64,000 nucleotides of DNA from Neovahlkampfia damariscottae (lineage: Eukaryota). Below the pieces are notes generated by a model. The model searched no databases. It was not told the origin of the DNA and worked only from the letters and a program-made list of their open reading frames with translations. Shown piece by piece: positions 1-12,444 of the stretch. Within the stretch, counting starts at the first letter, position 1. Every line of letters starts with the position of its first letter. The stretch is from contig JABLTG010000011.1 in NCBI GenBank assembly GCA_016618085.1, forward strand, positions 62,001 to 126,000. The letters run 5' to 3'. A program made the position numbers and the translations under genes.

Positions 1-1053
1 AAGAATTGAACAAAAATTATGACAAGTATAAGTTAAAGGTTGATTTATTTCCTTCTCCTCTACAAGCTTATAATAAATTTGTTTCAAAAAATTCGGAAAG
101 ACATGAGGAATTCAAAGATTGGTTTAATTTTCATGATAAAATAATTGAAAAATTAGAACCACCATTATTAGAATTTCAAAAAGAATTCAAAACTGAAATA
201 AATTCAGTTGAAACTCAAGAAAACACCAAAAATGTTCAAAAAGTTGAAGAAATACCTTTTTCATTGTGTTTGGATTTTTACACTCAACAACAACAAACTT
301 GGAATTATTTTCAACATTTGAACTCTTCACAAAAATTCTTTAATAATTTGATAAAAAATGAAAAAGAAACTGTTTTGAATATTTTGAATAGAGAATTTTT
401 GATTCCAAAAAATTGTTCATTTTTCATATCAGATATTTCGAATTCACAAAATTTTTTAAATCAATTAGGACAACAAAGATTTGAATTTATCATCATGGAT
501 CCTCCTTGGGAGAACAAAAGTGTCAATAGATCAAATCATTACAATCAATTCAATCATTTAGATTTATTTCAGATTCCTGTTACAAAAATAATTGATCAGG
601 AAAAAGGAGGATATTTAGCGGTATAGAATATCATTTAAACTTATTTCTTAGATTTGGGTGACTAATCGATTGATTTTTCATGATTTTATTCTCAATCAAC
701 TTTTTCCAAAATGGAACATCACCTTTTTAACCCACTGGTATTGGATGAAAATTGCAAAGAATAACGATCCTGTTGTTTCATTACACTCACGACAAAGAAA
801 ACCTTACGAAATGTTGATTATTGGGTCATTTGGGAATCCAAAAAAAAAAATTCCAGCAAATGAAAGAATTATTTTTTGTTCACCAACAAAACATTCACAA
901 AAACCACCATTGATAAATTTATTTCAAAAAGAAACTGGAATAGATCAAATTACTGCACTGGAGATTTTTTCAAGAAATTTGAATTCTAATTGTATTTCTT
1001 GGGGGAATGAAGTGTTAAAATTTCAGCATTTAGAATACTTCAATGAAAAATAA
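1..1053 (+). CDS. METTL4: MT-A70 family N6-adenine methyltransferase, METTL4-like (5' partial)
   Basis: IIMDPPWENKS catalytic motif. A 31-nt intron at 621-651 joins GYLA to IWVTN. Downstream RKPYE, HSQKP, LEIFSR and WGNEV are typical of METTL4. Confidence 0.85.
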
Positions 1054-1131
1054 TGGATTAAACTATGCTATGTTGTCCATCAAGTAAGCTTTTTGTTCAA
1101 AACATTCCAAACCCATTGATTGGTCAAATTC

Positions 1132-1615
1132 ATGAAGCTTCTATTTATTATTGTGCTTGTTGTCACTGCTCAAGCTTTTAAAATGAATTCCACTGTTAAA
1201 TATGGAAATAATGACCTCTCTTCATATCATCGTAGAACAGAAACAAGATTACTCTTTTTATATTGGGTCTGAAACTTTCTCTGGAATAGGATTTCCTTGC
1301 CCTCAGTATGTTCCAGATTTTTCTTTTGTTGCTGTATCTGCTGTTTTACTTCCAGAATCAACAATAAGTGACAATACACCAGTCACATCTCACTATTCTT
1401 CTTTGTGTTCAGGTTCAGGAAGCTATAATAGAAAAACCTATGACTTTGAAAGAAGGAATGATATCATAAAAGTAGTAGGTGGCCATGATATGATTTTAGG
1501 TCGTTCTCTTGCAAGTAAAGGATGTATAACTGCAGAAGAAAAAGATGGTAAAAAATACGTTTTTGTCGAGATTGTACTCCAAAATTTGAAGAATTTCAAG
1601 CAAGTTTTGAATTAA
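1132..1615 (+). pseudogene. Secreted protein of unknown function, frameshifted or with an atypical 46-nt intron
   Basis: The signal-peptide ORF MKLLFIIVLVVTAQAF (ATG 1132, ATTGG just upstream) is out of frame with ORF 1202-1615. Confidence 0.35.
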
Positions 1616-1711
1616 AAGGAAGAAGATTTGTTGGATGTGAATAAATTTTAATATCATGGTTTGTAGCTTCCATAATTTTTAATTGGTCAACTGGATTCTA
1701 AACTCGCCCTC

Positions 1712-2536
1712 ATGAATTCAACACTTTTTCTTTTTGTTTTCTTCATTGTGTTCTCCATGAACTATGCTTACAAATCAAAAATCATCAATCAAACTGAACA
1801 AGAACAAGCTATTAAATACTGGGAATCTGAAAAATCTTGTAATCATGAAAAACACAAGAAGAGAAAACAAATATAGCTCCAGAAATATTATCAACACGGA
1901 AATATAAAGATTTTCCATACAAAAAAATGGGATTGTTATCTTATACTCTTCATCTTAAAAAAAGTCATTGCACTGGGATTGCTGTTGGTAACAACGTGAT
2001 TTTGCCATTGTCTTTTCAACAAAAACTTTGCTACAGATTTGGTTTTTACACCTCAATTGAATACATTTTCATCAAAACCTAAAGGAACTTGGTCAGCAAA
2101 AGCACTTCTTGTTTTGGATGATTGGGAAGATGAAAAACCTAATGGAGGGAGAAATGTTGGTTTTATAATACTTGAAAAAATAGAAGGAATGTCTATTGGT
2201 GATACTGTTGGAAAAATTGAACTTGGTCAATGCAAAGTGAATGATGAAATTTTATCTGTTTCTTATCATAGAGATACAAGAACAAACCTTCGGGAAATTA
2301 AAACCACTATTGAAAGAGTATTTTCTCAAAGTTTATGGAATCCAGCACCATTGGCAATTAGATCTACTGAGAATATTCATGGAGGACCATGGTTAAAAAT
2401 GAAAAATGGAGAAATGAAAGTTTGTTCTGTGAGTTCATTTCAAGTCCCAACAAATAGTGGACTTCCATTTGTTTATGGTTCAGTATTTGATGAAAAGGTT
2501 ATAAAACTTTATAAAATTGCACTTTCCAAAGATTAA
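1712..2536 (+). pseudogene. Degenerate secreted trypsin-like (V8-type) serine protease
   Basis: Signal peptide; probable intron 1839-1876; FPYKKMG...HCTGIAVGNNVIL then a frameshift into HCLF; GGPW motif near the C-terminus. Confidence 0.6.
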
Positions 2537-2605
2537 ACTGTTCATATTTCTTTTTTGTGATTATTGTGTTAAAATTTTCATTGATCGAAATGAAGGGATG
2601 TTTAT

Positions 2606-2966
2606 TTATCAAATACGATGCCTAAAGCTTGTTTATATTGTTCTCGAGCTTTTAAACTTTCTGTGGATTGAATTATATTTTGAAAAAAGTGAGTTATTTC
2701 TTCTTTGCTCCATCCTGCATCTAATTTTTTTTTATCATTTTGAATACATGTTCTTGCATTAAATTTCTTGGCTCAAATATTTGAGCATTTTTTCGAATCA
2801 TAAGAACTTTTTTATCTGCCTCACTGAAATCCATTGTGCCTTTTGTTGCTGAAGTCATAGATTCATATGGATACACTGAGCCTGGATTTAATTTTTTCCA
2901 TTCTTCTTCTGGCATCCAGAAAAAGGATATTTCTTCATCTTGATCAATTTGTAGTTTGTTGTTCAT
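2606..2966 (-). CDS. Hypothetical protein, apparent frameshift at an A9 run near 2725-2733
   Basis: ATG 2966 preceded by GACCAATC. The ORF stops at 2721, but another frame continues LDAGWSKEEITHFFQ...GIVFDK*. Confidence 0.3.
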
Positions 2967-3234
2967 TTTTTGATTTTAGGGTTGATGTTTGATTGGTCTG
3001 AATTTGATCTAAAAACCTGAAATGGAAGGATATCCACCTTTGATTTATTATTTGAATTGAATTCAATTCCATTGAAGTTCAACAATTTCCTGTTTAAGGA
3101 TTCCATTCAATGTCTGGATAGTATTTTGTTGTTTGTTCCAATCTCGAGATTGTGAAATACTCAAAAATAATTAAAACAAACATTAATCTGAAGAAAATTA
3201 CAAATCTATTTGATTGAAATTGTTATATTATTAT

Positions 3235-3843
3235 TTATAATTTAGAACTTTGAATAATTAAATGTTGCATCAATTCCTTTGTAGAATTGGCAACTATCCA
3301 ATATTTGGTATTAAGAAACTTTTCTTCAATTGATTTATCCAACATTTTAATCAAGTTATCATAATATCCATTAATATTCACTTTAAAAATCAGTCAAAAA
3401 TAATGTTTTACAAATGAAAACAGGTTTTGGGTTCAGTTTTAATTTATTCCAAGTTATAGCTTCTAAAAGTTCTTCAAATGTACCAATACCCCCTGGTAAA
3501 GCAATGGATGCGTCTGATCTTTCCATCATAATTTTTTTTCTTTCATGCATTGTTTCAGTTCGAATTAATTCAGTCAATCCATCTTGTTTTGATTTAAAAA
3601 AAGTTGGGTAAACTCCAATTACTTTTCCATTGTTTTTTAATGCAGTTTGTGCTAATTCTCCCATCATTCCACCATTGTAACCTCCGTAAACTATTGTTAT
3701 ATTATTTAGAGCAAGTTGTTTCCCAAGTTCTGTTGTTTCTTGCATGAATTTTGGGTTGATATTATTTGCACTACCAAGACTATTGAATGATTCAATCAGA
3801 ATAAATTTTACTAAACCACCACACTTTCAAATTTTGACTTCAT
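3235..3843 (-). CDS. LOG family (lysine-decarboxylase-like) nucleotide phosphoribohydrolase with C-terminal SKL
   Basis: VYGG, GMMG, TMHERK and PGGIGTFEE motifs. Two small introns. The spliced C-terminus reads ...IIQSSKL*. Confidence 0.9.
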
Positions 3844-3992
3844 CAAAAACTATCGCTGATTGGATAACTGATTTTGGAGGGATTTTTTTTCTTTTTCGTT
3901 GTGAATATTTTATCATTTTAATTTTTTTGAAAATTTTTGAAAATTTTTGAAAAGCAAAAAAAAAAAGTCTATGTATCATTGGTCAATTGAAG

Positions 3993-4903
3993 ATGCAAAA
4001 GTTAGGAGAAGGTTTTAGCACTGGATTTGATACTCCATCAAAAGGAAATTCAAAACCAACAAAAAAAGATACGTATACAAAAAATGACACCACAACAGAT
4101 TTAAATCAATCATCAATTACAACGAATGAATTTAAAACACCAAAACAAAGAACTCCAAGAAGTTCACCAATGTCAAGTGCTTTATCATTAAGGTCAAGTA
4201 AAAGTGGTTCTGCAGTACCACTTTCACCAGCAAGAATCGAAGAATTAAAACCAAAACCGTTAAGAAAAATCGCCACAAATTTTTTTGGAATCATTATTTT
4301 TCTTGCTATTTTGTTCGCTACATATTATGGATACACAAATTATCAAAACCAAGTTTCATATCCAGCTCTACCGTATTGTGATTCAGAAGATTTTTATCAA
4401 AAACAATATCCTTGTATTGCTTGTCCAAAATTTGGTTATTGTTCAGAAGGTAGAGTATTGTTATGTGAAAAACCACATATTTTAGAAGGTGGTGTATGTG
4501 TTAAAAACTCTGCTTCTGTAAAATTAAACGTTAAAATTGCAGGTTTTATGTCAGATAAACTACAGTCAAAAGCTGGTAAAATTAAAATTCATAAAATTAA
4601 TTTTGAATAGGTGAATATGAATGTGGAACAAGTGAAACAAAATCAGAATCTCTTGAAAAAATTCAAAGAGTAGTTGAAGATTTTTATGGTTCAAACAATG
4701 TTAATTTCACACAAGTTGTTGACCTTGTAAAATCAACACCACAATTTGGTCTTGTCGTTGAAAAAGATCAAATTTATTCAAAAACAGCACATAAAACAAA
4801 ATTATGTCGTTTAAAAGAAATATATAGACAAAACTCAAAAGCATTACTTATCTCTGTTATCATTATGTTCATTGTTGGATATCTTATTTCAAAAGTTCAA
4901 TAA
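3993..4903 (+). CDS. Man1/Src1-like inner nuclear membrane protein (two TM helices flanking a Cys-rich luminal domain)
   Basis: Ser/Thr/Pro-rich N-terminus, TM helix, PYCDS...CIACPKFGYC...C...CV, intron 4576-4610, then GEYECG and a second TM helix. Confidence 0.65.
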
Positions 4904-4913
4904 AATTCATATT

Positions 4914-7900
4914 TTATTTTACATCTTTCAAATCATGCCAATTTGGACCAACTTTTATCTTGACGGGTGTTGATACTTTCAATTTCGTTGAATTTTCCAT
5001 TTTATCTTTTACTAGATCAGCAATTTTTTTAATATAATCTTCATGAACTTCAAAGATCAATTCATCATGTATTTGAAGAACCATCATTGCCATTGGCATA
5101 AATTCATCACCTGACAATATTTGATATTCTGGATTGAATTTGAGTTCTTCATGAATATGTATGGTTGCATTTTTGATAATATCTGCAGCAGAACCTTGAT
5201 TATAGGAATTCAACACTTTTCTTTCATTATTTCTAACATCATTTCTATTTTTAAGGGAGATGTATCTTCTCTTTCCAAACAACTATCAAACAGAAATATT
5301 AAAGTTTAACAAGTTCTTACAGTTTCAACATATCCAGATTCTTTAACTTTAGTTTTCATTTTTTCTTGTAATCTCATTGCTGTTGGAAATAATCTTTGAA
5401 GAAAAAATTTGAAATTTCTTTTTCCAATTAGATCTTCAATGCTTCCTTCTTCATCTCTTTTTCCATACAAAATTGCATAAAATTCTTTAGCTTCTGCTCT
5501 TTCCTCAGGTGTCACTTCGGAAAGAGGTTTATTTTTAAAATGAGATGCCAATTTTTTGAAAACATCTATCTTTTTTGAGTCTGCATCATTAATGTATTCA
5601 ATCAATGCTTTATCTTCACTGGCATCAGCTAATACTCTGAATTCAATGCTCTTATAATCAGCTGATAATAAAATATAATTTTTCATTGCAACAAAATGTG
5701 ATCGTGGTTTAATTTCATAGTCTCCCTGTATGAAAAAATTTGGAACAGTCTGAAGTGGTAAATCTGAATACTGTAATCTCCCAGTGTCATGAAGTTGAGA
5801 AATAGTGCAATGAATTCTAGTAGAGTTCAGTTTTGGATGAAATGTTCGATGTTCCATTGCATAATAAGGCGAGTAGAACTTCCTGATGATTGTTTCAAAT
5901 TTTTTGATCTTCAAGATTGTTTTACAGAAATGGATGATGGTTTCATCTTTTGTGTTTTTTAAAATTGTCTCCAAGGCTTGCTCTTTAGTGGAATTGTCTT
6001 TTGTTGGTGGTGCTTTCAGTGTGACATAAAGATATGACTTGACTTCTTTATATGATCTCAGAACATCTCTTATCGTTGCTTTATTGCGAGGAATTTCTAA
6101 CTTTGGATGATTTTCTAAAATCTCTTGACCCAAAGAATCTATTTTGGCTACAATTTCTGTTTCAATTTTCTTGAATGATTTCACATCAATTCCCATTCCA
6201 TTATATTCAAGTTGAGATATACTTGGTACAACTTTCATTTCAAATTCGAATGCTTTGAGTAACTTCTTCAATTTCAATTCTTCTAATTTGTCTTTGGATA
6301 ATTTTAGAACTCTCACCGATTTCAAGCATGTTGTACCATGAGGAGTCATCAAATCTTTTAAATCAAATAATGACATCTTGGTAATTTCATCAATTACTTG
6401 TTTAAGACACTCTTCACTCTTTTCCTCTAGATTAATCAACCAATGTGCAATCAATGGATCTATTAATGTTCCTTTGATGTTAATTGATAACCTAAGAAGA
6501 TTAAATATGATTTCTTGGATTCTAAATGCTACTTTTATGATTCCTTCATCTTCAAAAATTTGTTTCAATGTTAAAATCAGAAATTTGTTGGTAGTTTTGA
6601 AATTATTAAAATCAATTTGATAACAACAGATTTTACCTTTTTCTTCCATTGAAAAAGCAATAGATATTATTTGATTCTTGAATTTTCCTTCATTTGACAA
6701 TTCAAATTCTACAGATGATTTTTTGATTTTTTGAATTTTAGTCATGAATTCATTCAAAAGTTCAACTGAATCAACAACATAGTGATCAAAATTAAGACCT
6801 TTTCCAGTTTCTATTAGCTTAATTTCAGGTTTGAATTTTTTGGTTGATTGTTTTTTTGGTGACTGAGTAAATGAGAAAATTCTCTTGAATGAATGAGAAT
6901 TCTGAGAATATTGAGAAGGTATTTGAGTCAAAGAAGGTTCAGAAACAAGTAACTTTGCATCATTAACAATACTATGTGATAGATTTTCAACATAGTCCAA
7001 AATCATTTGAGGGTCATTATTTGTCCAAGAGATACTCTTTTGTATGATTTCATATATTTTTTTCACATCAGCATTGGCAATTTTTTGAGCATGAGTATAT
7101 CCTTCTTTATAAAGAGCTCTTGCTGTATGAGGTTGTAATGATGGAATAGAAGCAATATCTTTCAGTTTTTCATCAAAGCCTAATGATAATCTTTCAGAAA
7201 GATATTCAAATTGTCCTGATGAATTTTTCCATTGTAAATTTTTGCAAAAACTGGCTAATATAGCAGAGGTAATACTGACTGTTTCCTGTAATTTTTGAAG
7301 AGTTCCCCTGTCAATGTTATATTTTTGAGAAACATCATTGATAGGTATTTCTAATAAAATGAGAAGAAAGGTTCAACAAACCTAAAATAATTTCATTTAA
7401 TGCACATCCATAAAAGAATCTCGCCCATCTTCTGGATTTCAATTCTGTTAAATCTTGAAATTGCATCATTTCTAAATCTCTAATATCAAGGCCAAATTTT
7501 TTAGCTACCCTTTGAGATGTACTGTCAAAGTTTCGAAATAATTCTAAATACTTTGAATGATTACTTCTATGAATCAGTTTTGTTTGATTGTTCTCTTTGA
7601 TAGATAATATGATAATATGAAGATCACTTGATTGAATAATTCCATCATCTCTGTGCATCAAAAGTTCTTTTTGATAGTCATGAGCATTTTCTGTCTTCAT
7701 TGTACTAGAAAAACACGCTTTTCCCAAATTTGTAACAGAATATTTTCCATTTTCAACTAAAATGAATAAGTTTGATTTTAATTTTTCAAGAGCAATTTCA
7801 GCTTTCCCCATGCTATAATCAAGACCCTTTTGATAGCACAATAATGTTGTTTTGATGAAGTTAATTGTGTCTCTTTTGTTAATGACCAATCCACAACCAA

Positions 7901-10041
7901 TCATTTCCACAAGTACATTTTGCATTGAACACTCCTTTTCTAAGGAACTAAAAGCTTTTAAAAGCTTTTGATCAAACAAATTTTCAATATACTTTTGATT
8001 CTTTCCATCAAAATTCACAATATAAGATTCTCCAGAAGTGTCATAATTTTTTCTTCCACTTCTCCCTGCAATTTGTTTGTAATCCATTAAATCCATTTTA
8101 TTTCTTCCTTTCGAAATTCCATCCAGAATTACTCTCTTTGCAGGTAAGTTTACACCTGAAGCCAAAGTCGATGTACAAGTAATGATACTTAACGTTCCAT
8201 CACGAAAAGCTTCTTCAATCAACTCTTTTTCTTTTTGTGAAATACCAGCATGATGAAATGCAATTCCCTGATATTTTAAAAAATAAATCTCAAATTACTT
8301 TCAAAATGCACTTTTTCAGTTCTGGATCCAAACCCGTTTCCGAAGCTTTCAGTTTTGAAAGTAATAGTAGTAGGGATTTCATTTGATTTTTTTCTGGTTG
8401 CTTCATGAGTTTTTCAAATTCTTTAGCTCTTTCTTCACAACCATTTCTTGAACTGCAAAAAACTAGAACACCTTTAGGATGAACTTCTTGACATAACTCA
8501 AATAAGACTTGAACTTTTTTTTGAACAAATTTTTCTTCATTTGATGTTTTCAACTTTCTTTTCATTTTTCCTGTGGAAGAAAAAACATAAATTCCAGGAG
8601 AATAAGATGCATCATTTTTTCCAATTTCTTTCACATAAAATTCTTCAAGAGGTATTGGTCTATTGAATTTTAAAACTGTTCAATTTTTTAACTTACTTGA
8701 AATCAGTGATGAACATGTGAGCTCCAATCCAGTCAGAAATTTCATCAATATTTCCAAGAGTAGCTGAGAGTCCAATGATTTGAATGTTCGTTTTGGGAGT
8801 TTTTGCGTATTTTAATTTGGTTAAAATAGATTCAACTGTTGGTCCTCTGTCATCATTAACAATTGTATGCAATTCATCAACAATAACCATACTAAAATCC
8901 TCAAGTTGTGTGATTTGAGAATTAATTATCGAATATCCTTTTTCATAGGTACAAACGATGATGTTTATATCTTCAAATTCATTATTTCCAATTCCAAGGT
9001 GTTTTGAAATTACAATTCCATGAGGGCCAAAAACAATTTCAAAATAATTCATTTTTTCATTCATCAAACTTCTAAGTGGAACCAAATACAATATTTTCTT
9101 TGTTGGAAATAATTTCAGTCTTCTGAGCATGAGAATTTCAAAAACCAAAGTTTTTCCTCCTAAATTCATCAATTTTAAATAATATATTCACTATTACCAC
9201 TTGTTGGTCCACTATAAATCAAACTATCACCTTTTAAAACATCTGGATTATGTAAACAAGCCACTTGCCACTCATACAACTCTTTGATATTATTGTTTTC
9301 ATAAGATTGAACAATTTCGTCAGAAATTCCCCAGTAGCTTAATTTTTTCATTCTATCTTCCAAAGGTTTAAATTTTGGTAAAATTTGGTTTGAAATTGAA
9401 AATTCAGGAGATGAATCAATTGAATTTGGACTTGGAAACATAATTTTCTTTTCAATAGATGGTGGTGTAAGAATGACTTCTTCCTCTTCAACTTTCTTTT
9501 TTTGTGATAACTGAGAACTTAAATTCATTTGAGAAAAATTATCAACTGAGGTGTCACTTGATGAACTGCTGTCCAATTGTTTTTGAAAAAATTTTTGGTC
9601 TTGTTCATCCATGAATTTTTCGAAATCTTCATCTAAATCACTATCTACATCTGAAGCATCAGTATCAAGGTAAACTGATTTATTTAATTCTTCGATGAAA
9701 TTTGAGTTGTTTGAGCCAAATTTGAGATTCATTTCAGATTTTTCTGTTTTATAATTTTTTTTATTTACATTATCTTCCAACGAAAATTTTTTCGGCGTAA
9801 AGATATCAAAATCATCTAAAGTCATGAAAGATAGATTTTGGTTTTTGTTTTCTGCATCTGGTTCAAATAATTCATCTTCAGCAAAATGAATTTCTGGTGA
9901 GTTATTTTGTTCGTCTTTCAAATTTTGGCGAAAGGTAACACCAGGTTGTATTTGAGTTTCAAACAATTCTTCAGGTTCCTGAGTTGGATTATATTGAGTT
10001 TGAGTGAAGATCAATGGGTCCTCTCCATTGTTCGTCAACAT
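4914..10041 (-). CDS. POLQ: DNA polymerase theta (HELQ-type helicase fused to family A polymerase)
   Basis: Five introns (9160-9197, 8660-8696, 8268-8298, 7351-7381, 5283-5320) join all ORFs. Motifs: GPTSGGKT, DELH, SATL, AFHHAG, TSTLASGVNLPA, QIAGRSGR; polymerase ADYKSIEFR, QGSAADIIK, LQIHDELIFEV. Confidence 0.93.
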
Positions 10042-10292
10042 CAGCGAACTGTGTTTGGTCTAATGATGATTGGTGGATGAAGTTTGAGCATTTTTTTTGT
10101 ATCAAGTCTAGATACAAATTTTGAACAGTTTAGTAGGGTGTAGAAGTTTAACTGGTCAAAAAACTGAAGATAAATTATGTTCAAATGACATCACAGAAAG
10201 TCAAATCTACGAAAAACAAATTGATTACTTGTATGAAAAATTGTGCTTTGTGAGTTAACTTAGAAGCTCCACTTATTGACAAAAAGAACAAT

Positions 10293-10688
10293 TTATTTTT
10301 TTTGTTTTTTGTAATTCCATTTGGAACTCATGTTGTCCCATTTCTTTGGATATCTCTTTGGTTTTTTTATTTTTTTAATATTTTTTTTTTGATGGGATTC
10401 AAAATGAGATACAAAGTCAGCATAAAGTTTAAAAGGAACTGCTGTTGTAGAGTTATCACTAGTCATTGAAAAAACTTCTAATTGAGAATTTAAGAAATCT
10501 AAATAATTCATTTCTGGGGTGGTCGAAGTTGATGATGTTCCTGTTGTCGATTCATCGATAATTGGAGTGAATAAATCATTGTTATTGAAGTCTGAATCGA
10601 GAAGAATATCATCTGGTTTGATAAAATCTAAATCAAAGTCAAAGGTTCCAAAACCATTTTCAAATTTTTCTTCTTGAGAGTCGTCCAT
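10293..10688 (-). CDS. Small acidic protein with basic C-terminal patch, unknown function
   Basis: Open ORF MDDSQEEKF...KKIKKPKRYPKKW. No recognised family. Confidence 0.5.
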   Translation of the reverse strand: MDDSQEEKFENGFGTFDFDLDFIKPDDILLDSDFNNNDLFTPIIDESTTGTSSTSTTPEMNYLDFLNSQLEVFSMTSDNSTTAVPFKLYADFVSHFESHQKKNIKKIKKPKRYPKKWDNMSSKWNYKKQKK

Positions 10689-10974
10689 ATTTTCTTTGTT
10701 TTTTGACCACTTCAAATTGATTTATTCAATTTTTACCAAATAAATACAATTTTTGAGCATACTTTTGGAATGTGGAGATCGTCATGTTCTGATTGGTTGT
10801 CAATATATCCGAAACTCATAGCCAGAGAATAATTTTCACATTCCTCAGTGAAAAATTCCTACCACTAGTGTGAAATTTGTTGAGCAACAATAATGAGTAT
10901 ATTAATTGCAAAAACAACAGTGGTAGACGAAGAAAGATAAAAATAATTTCATGAAATAAAATAAAATAATAATT

Positions 10975-12396
10975 TTATATTTCATAATATTTTGGATTTT
11001 TTAATTCATCAGAGTATTTCAATACTTCTTCAATTTGTTCAATAATGTTGTTCAAAATGATCTTTTCATCTCTCCTGATAATCACAGCACAATACACTTT
11101 GTAGTTTTCAATTTTTTTTTTCAACAATTCTTCATCTTCTTCTAAAGTAGTTTTATACTGCAATAATGTTGATTTAAATAAATCTAATAATGAGTTTAAC
11201 ATATTAATTTCATTTTCAAAATTAAATCTTTTCCCATTCATACCCTTAAAGAAATCATCAGGGTTTGAAATGAATTCTGAGTAATTTTCTAAATGAACTA
11301 ATCTAATTAAACTATATAAATCTTGAGGAATGTCAGAAAGTTTTGAATCTTTCTTTAAATGAATGAAATGAATCGGTTTTAATTTTTTCAAAATTTCTTC
11401 GAATTGTGAAAAATCTTCTTCATTCTTGAATTTTTTCTTGATCATATCTTTAAGAAAATGAACAACCATAAATGAATAATATGAGTGTTGATTGTTTTCC
11501 ATACAAAAACCATAATGTGACATGTAATTGTTAATTGAAGGATATTGCAAAGTCAATTCTTCATTTTCTTTAATTTTTCGAGTTGCAATTAATGCAAATG
11601 ATCCTTCCTTTTCATCAGCAATTCCAACATTAGGATTTGGTGCAGTGTTCAAAAAATCCACAAATGGAATGATAGTTAGTTCATCAGTAATGTTGGCAAA
11701 TTTTGAGTTGATGTTAAAAGTTCTTGTGCTGAATGTATAAGCCCAAATCCATTCTATTGATGTTAAAAGTTCATCCCAATTCGAAGAACAATCCTTTCCA
11801 AAGTCCAAATATTGATATAATTTACGAAATTTTACAAATGATAAATAATCAGCCATTTCATCTAATTTCATTGTAATTAGGTACTTTGATATTGAATTTT
11901 GGAACTCTTCTAAGTCTTTATCAGAGTATAGCAGTAATGAATAATAATTTGGAAATCTTTCTTCAATATCTAAAATGTATTTTTTCCATAAAGTTTCATT
12001 TGATGGACTGCATTTGTACTTTTCATATAAAATTAACAAAGCAATAACAGCATTTTGGGGTAATGTTTTAGTAAGTTCTTCTGGTAAATTTTTTGCATAA
12101 TTTAAAAATTTGCGTTTTGAAATGAAGTTGTTACTATTTGTTAAATTTGTTTGTAAAATTATTTCTCCTTGCTCAATTTCTCTGGTTGAAAATAAAGACA
12201 AACCATTAAATTCACGTAATTCTACTGAATTTTTCTTTACTTCAACGATTTCTGGATGTTCCATAATAAAATCATAAAATTGATTTTTGACTTTTTTTTC
12301 TTGCACTTTAATGTTAGCGTTTGTATCAACTGTGACAGTTTCCAAAGAAAAACTTGACGATAAAAACAAAAACAAGATAAACAAAACTTTCTTCAT
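10975..12396 (-). CDS. SET-domain methyltransferase, SETD3/Rubisco-LSMT type, with N-terminal signal peptide
   Basis: GLSLFSTREIEQGE, IIPFVDFLNT, YGF and YKTTLEEDEELL motifs. Hydrophobic start MKKVLFILFLFLSSSFS. Confidence 0.8.
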   Translation of the reverse strand: MKKVLFILFLFLSSSFSLETVTVDTNANIKVQEKKVKNQFYDFIMEHPEIVEVKKNSVELREFNGLSLFSTREIEQGEIILQTNLTNSNNFISKRKFLNYAKNLPEELTKTLPQNAVIALLILYEKYKCSPSNETLWKKYILDIEERFPNYYSLLLYSDKDLEEFQNSISKYLITMKLDEMADYLSFVKFRKLYQYLDFGKDCSSNWDELLTSIEWIWAYTFSTRTFNINSKFANITDELTIIPFVDFLNTAPNPNVGIADEKEGSFALIATRKIKENEELTLQYPSINNYMSHYGFCMENNQHSYYSFMVVHFLKDMIKKKFKNEEDFSQFEEILKKLKPIHFIHLKKDSKLSDIPQDLYSLIRLVHLENYSEFISNPDDFFKGMNGKRFNFENEINMLNSLLDLFKSTLLQYKTTLEEDEELLKKKIENYKVYCAVIIRRDEKIILNNIIEQIEEVLKYSDELKNPKYYEI

Positions 12397-12444
12397 CTCC
12401 TCTAAACAATTTTCTTTGGAAGGAAAATGGACCAATAAAACAAC

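Noticed and set aside
10063..10170. Possible C/D box snoRNA (ATGATGA...CTGA with small hairpin)
   Set aside because: It overlaps the POLQ promoter CCAAT region, there is no convincing terminal stem or verifiable guide, and such motifs are frequent by chance here.
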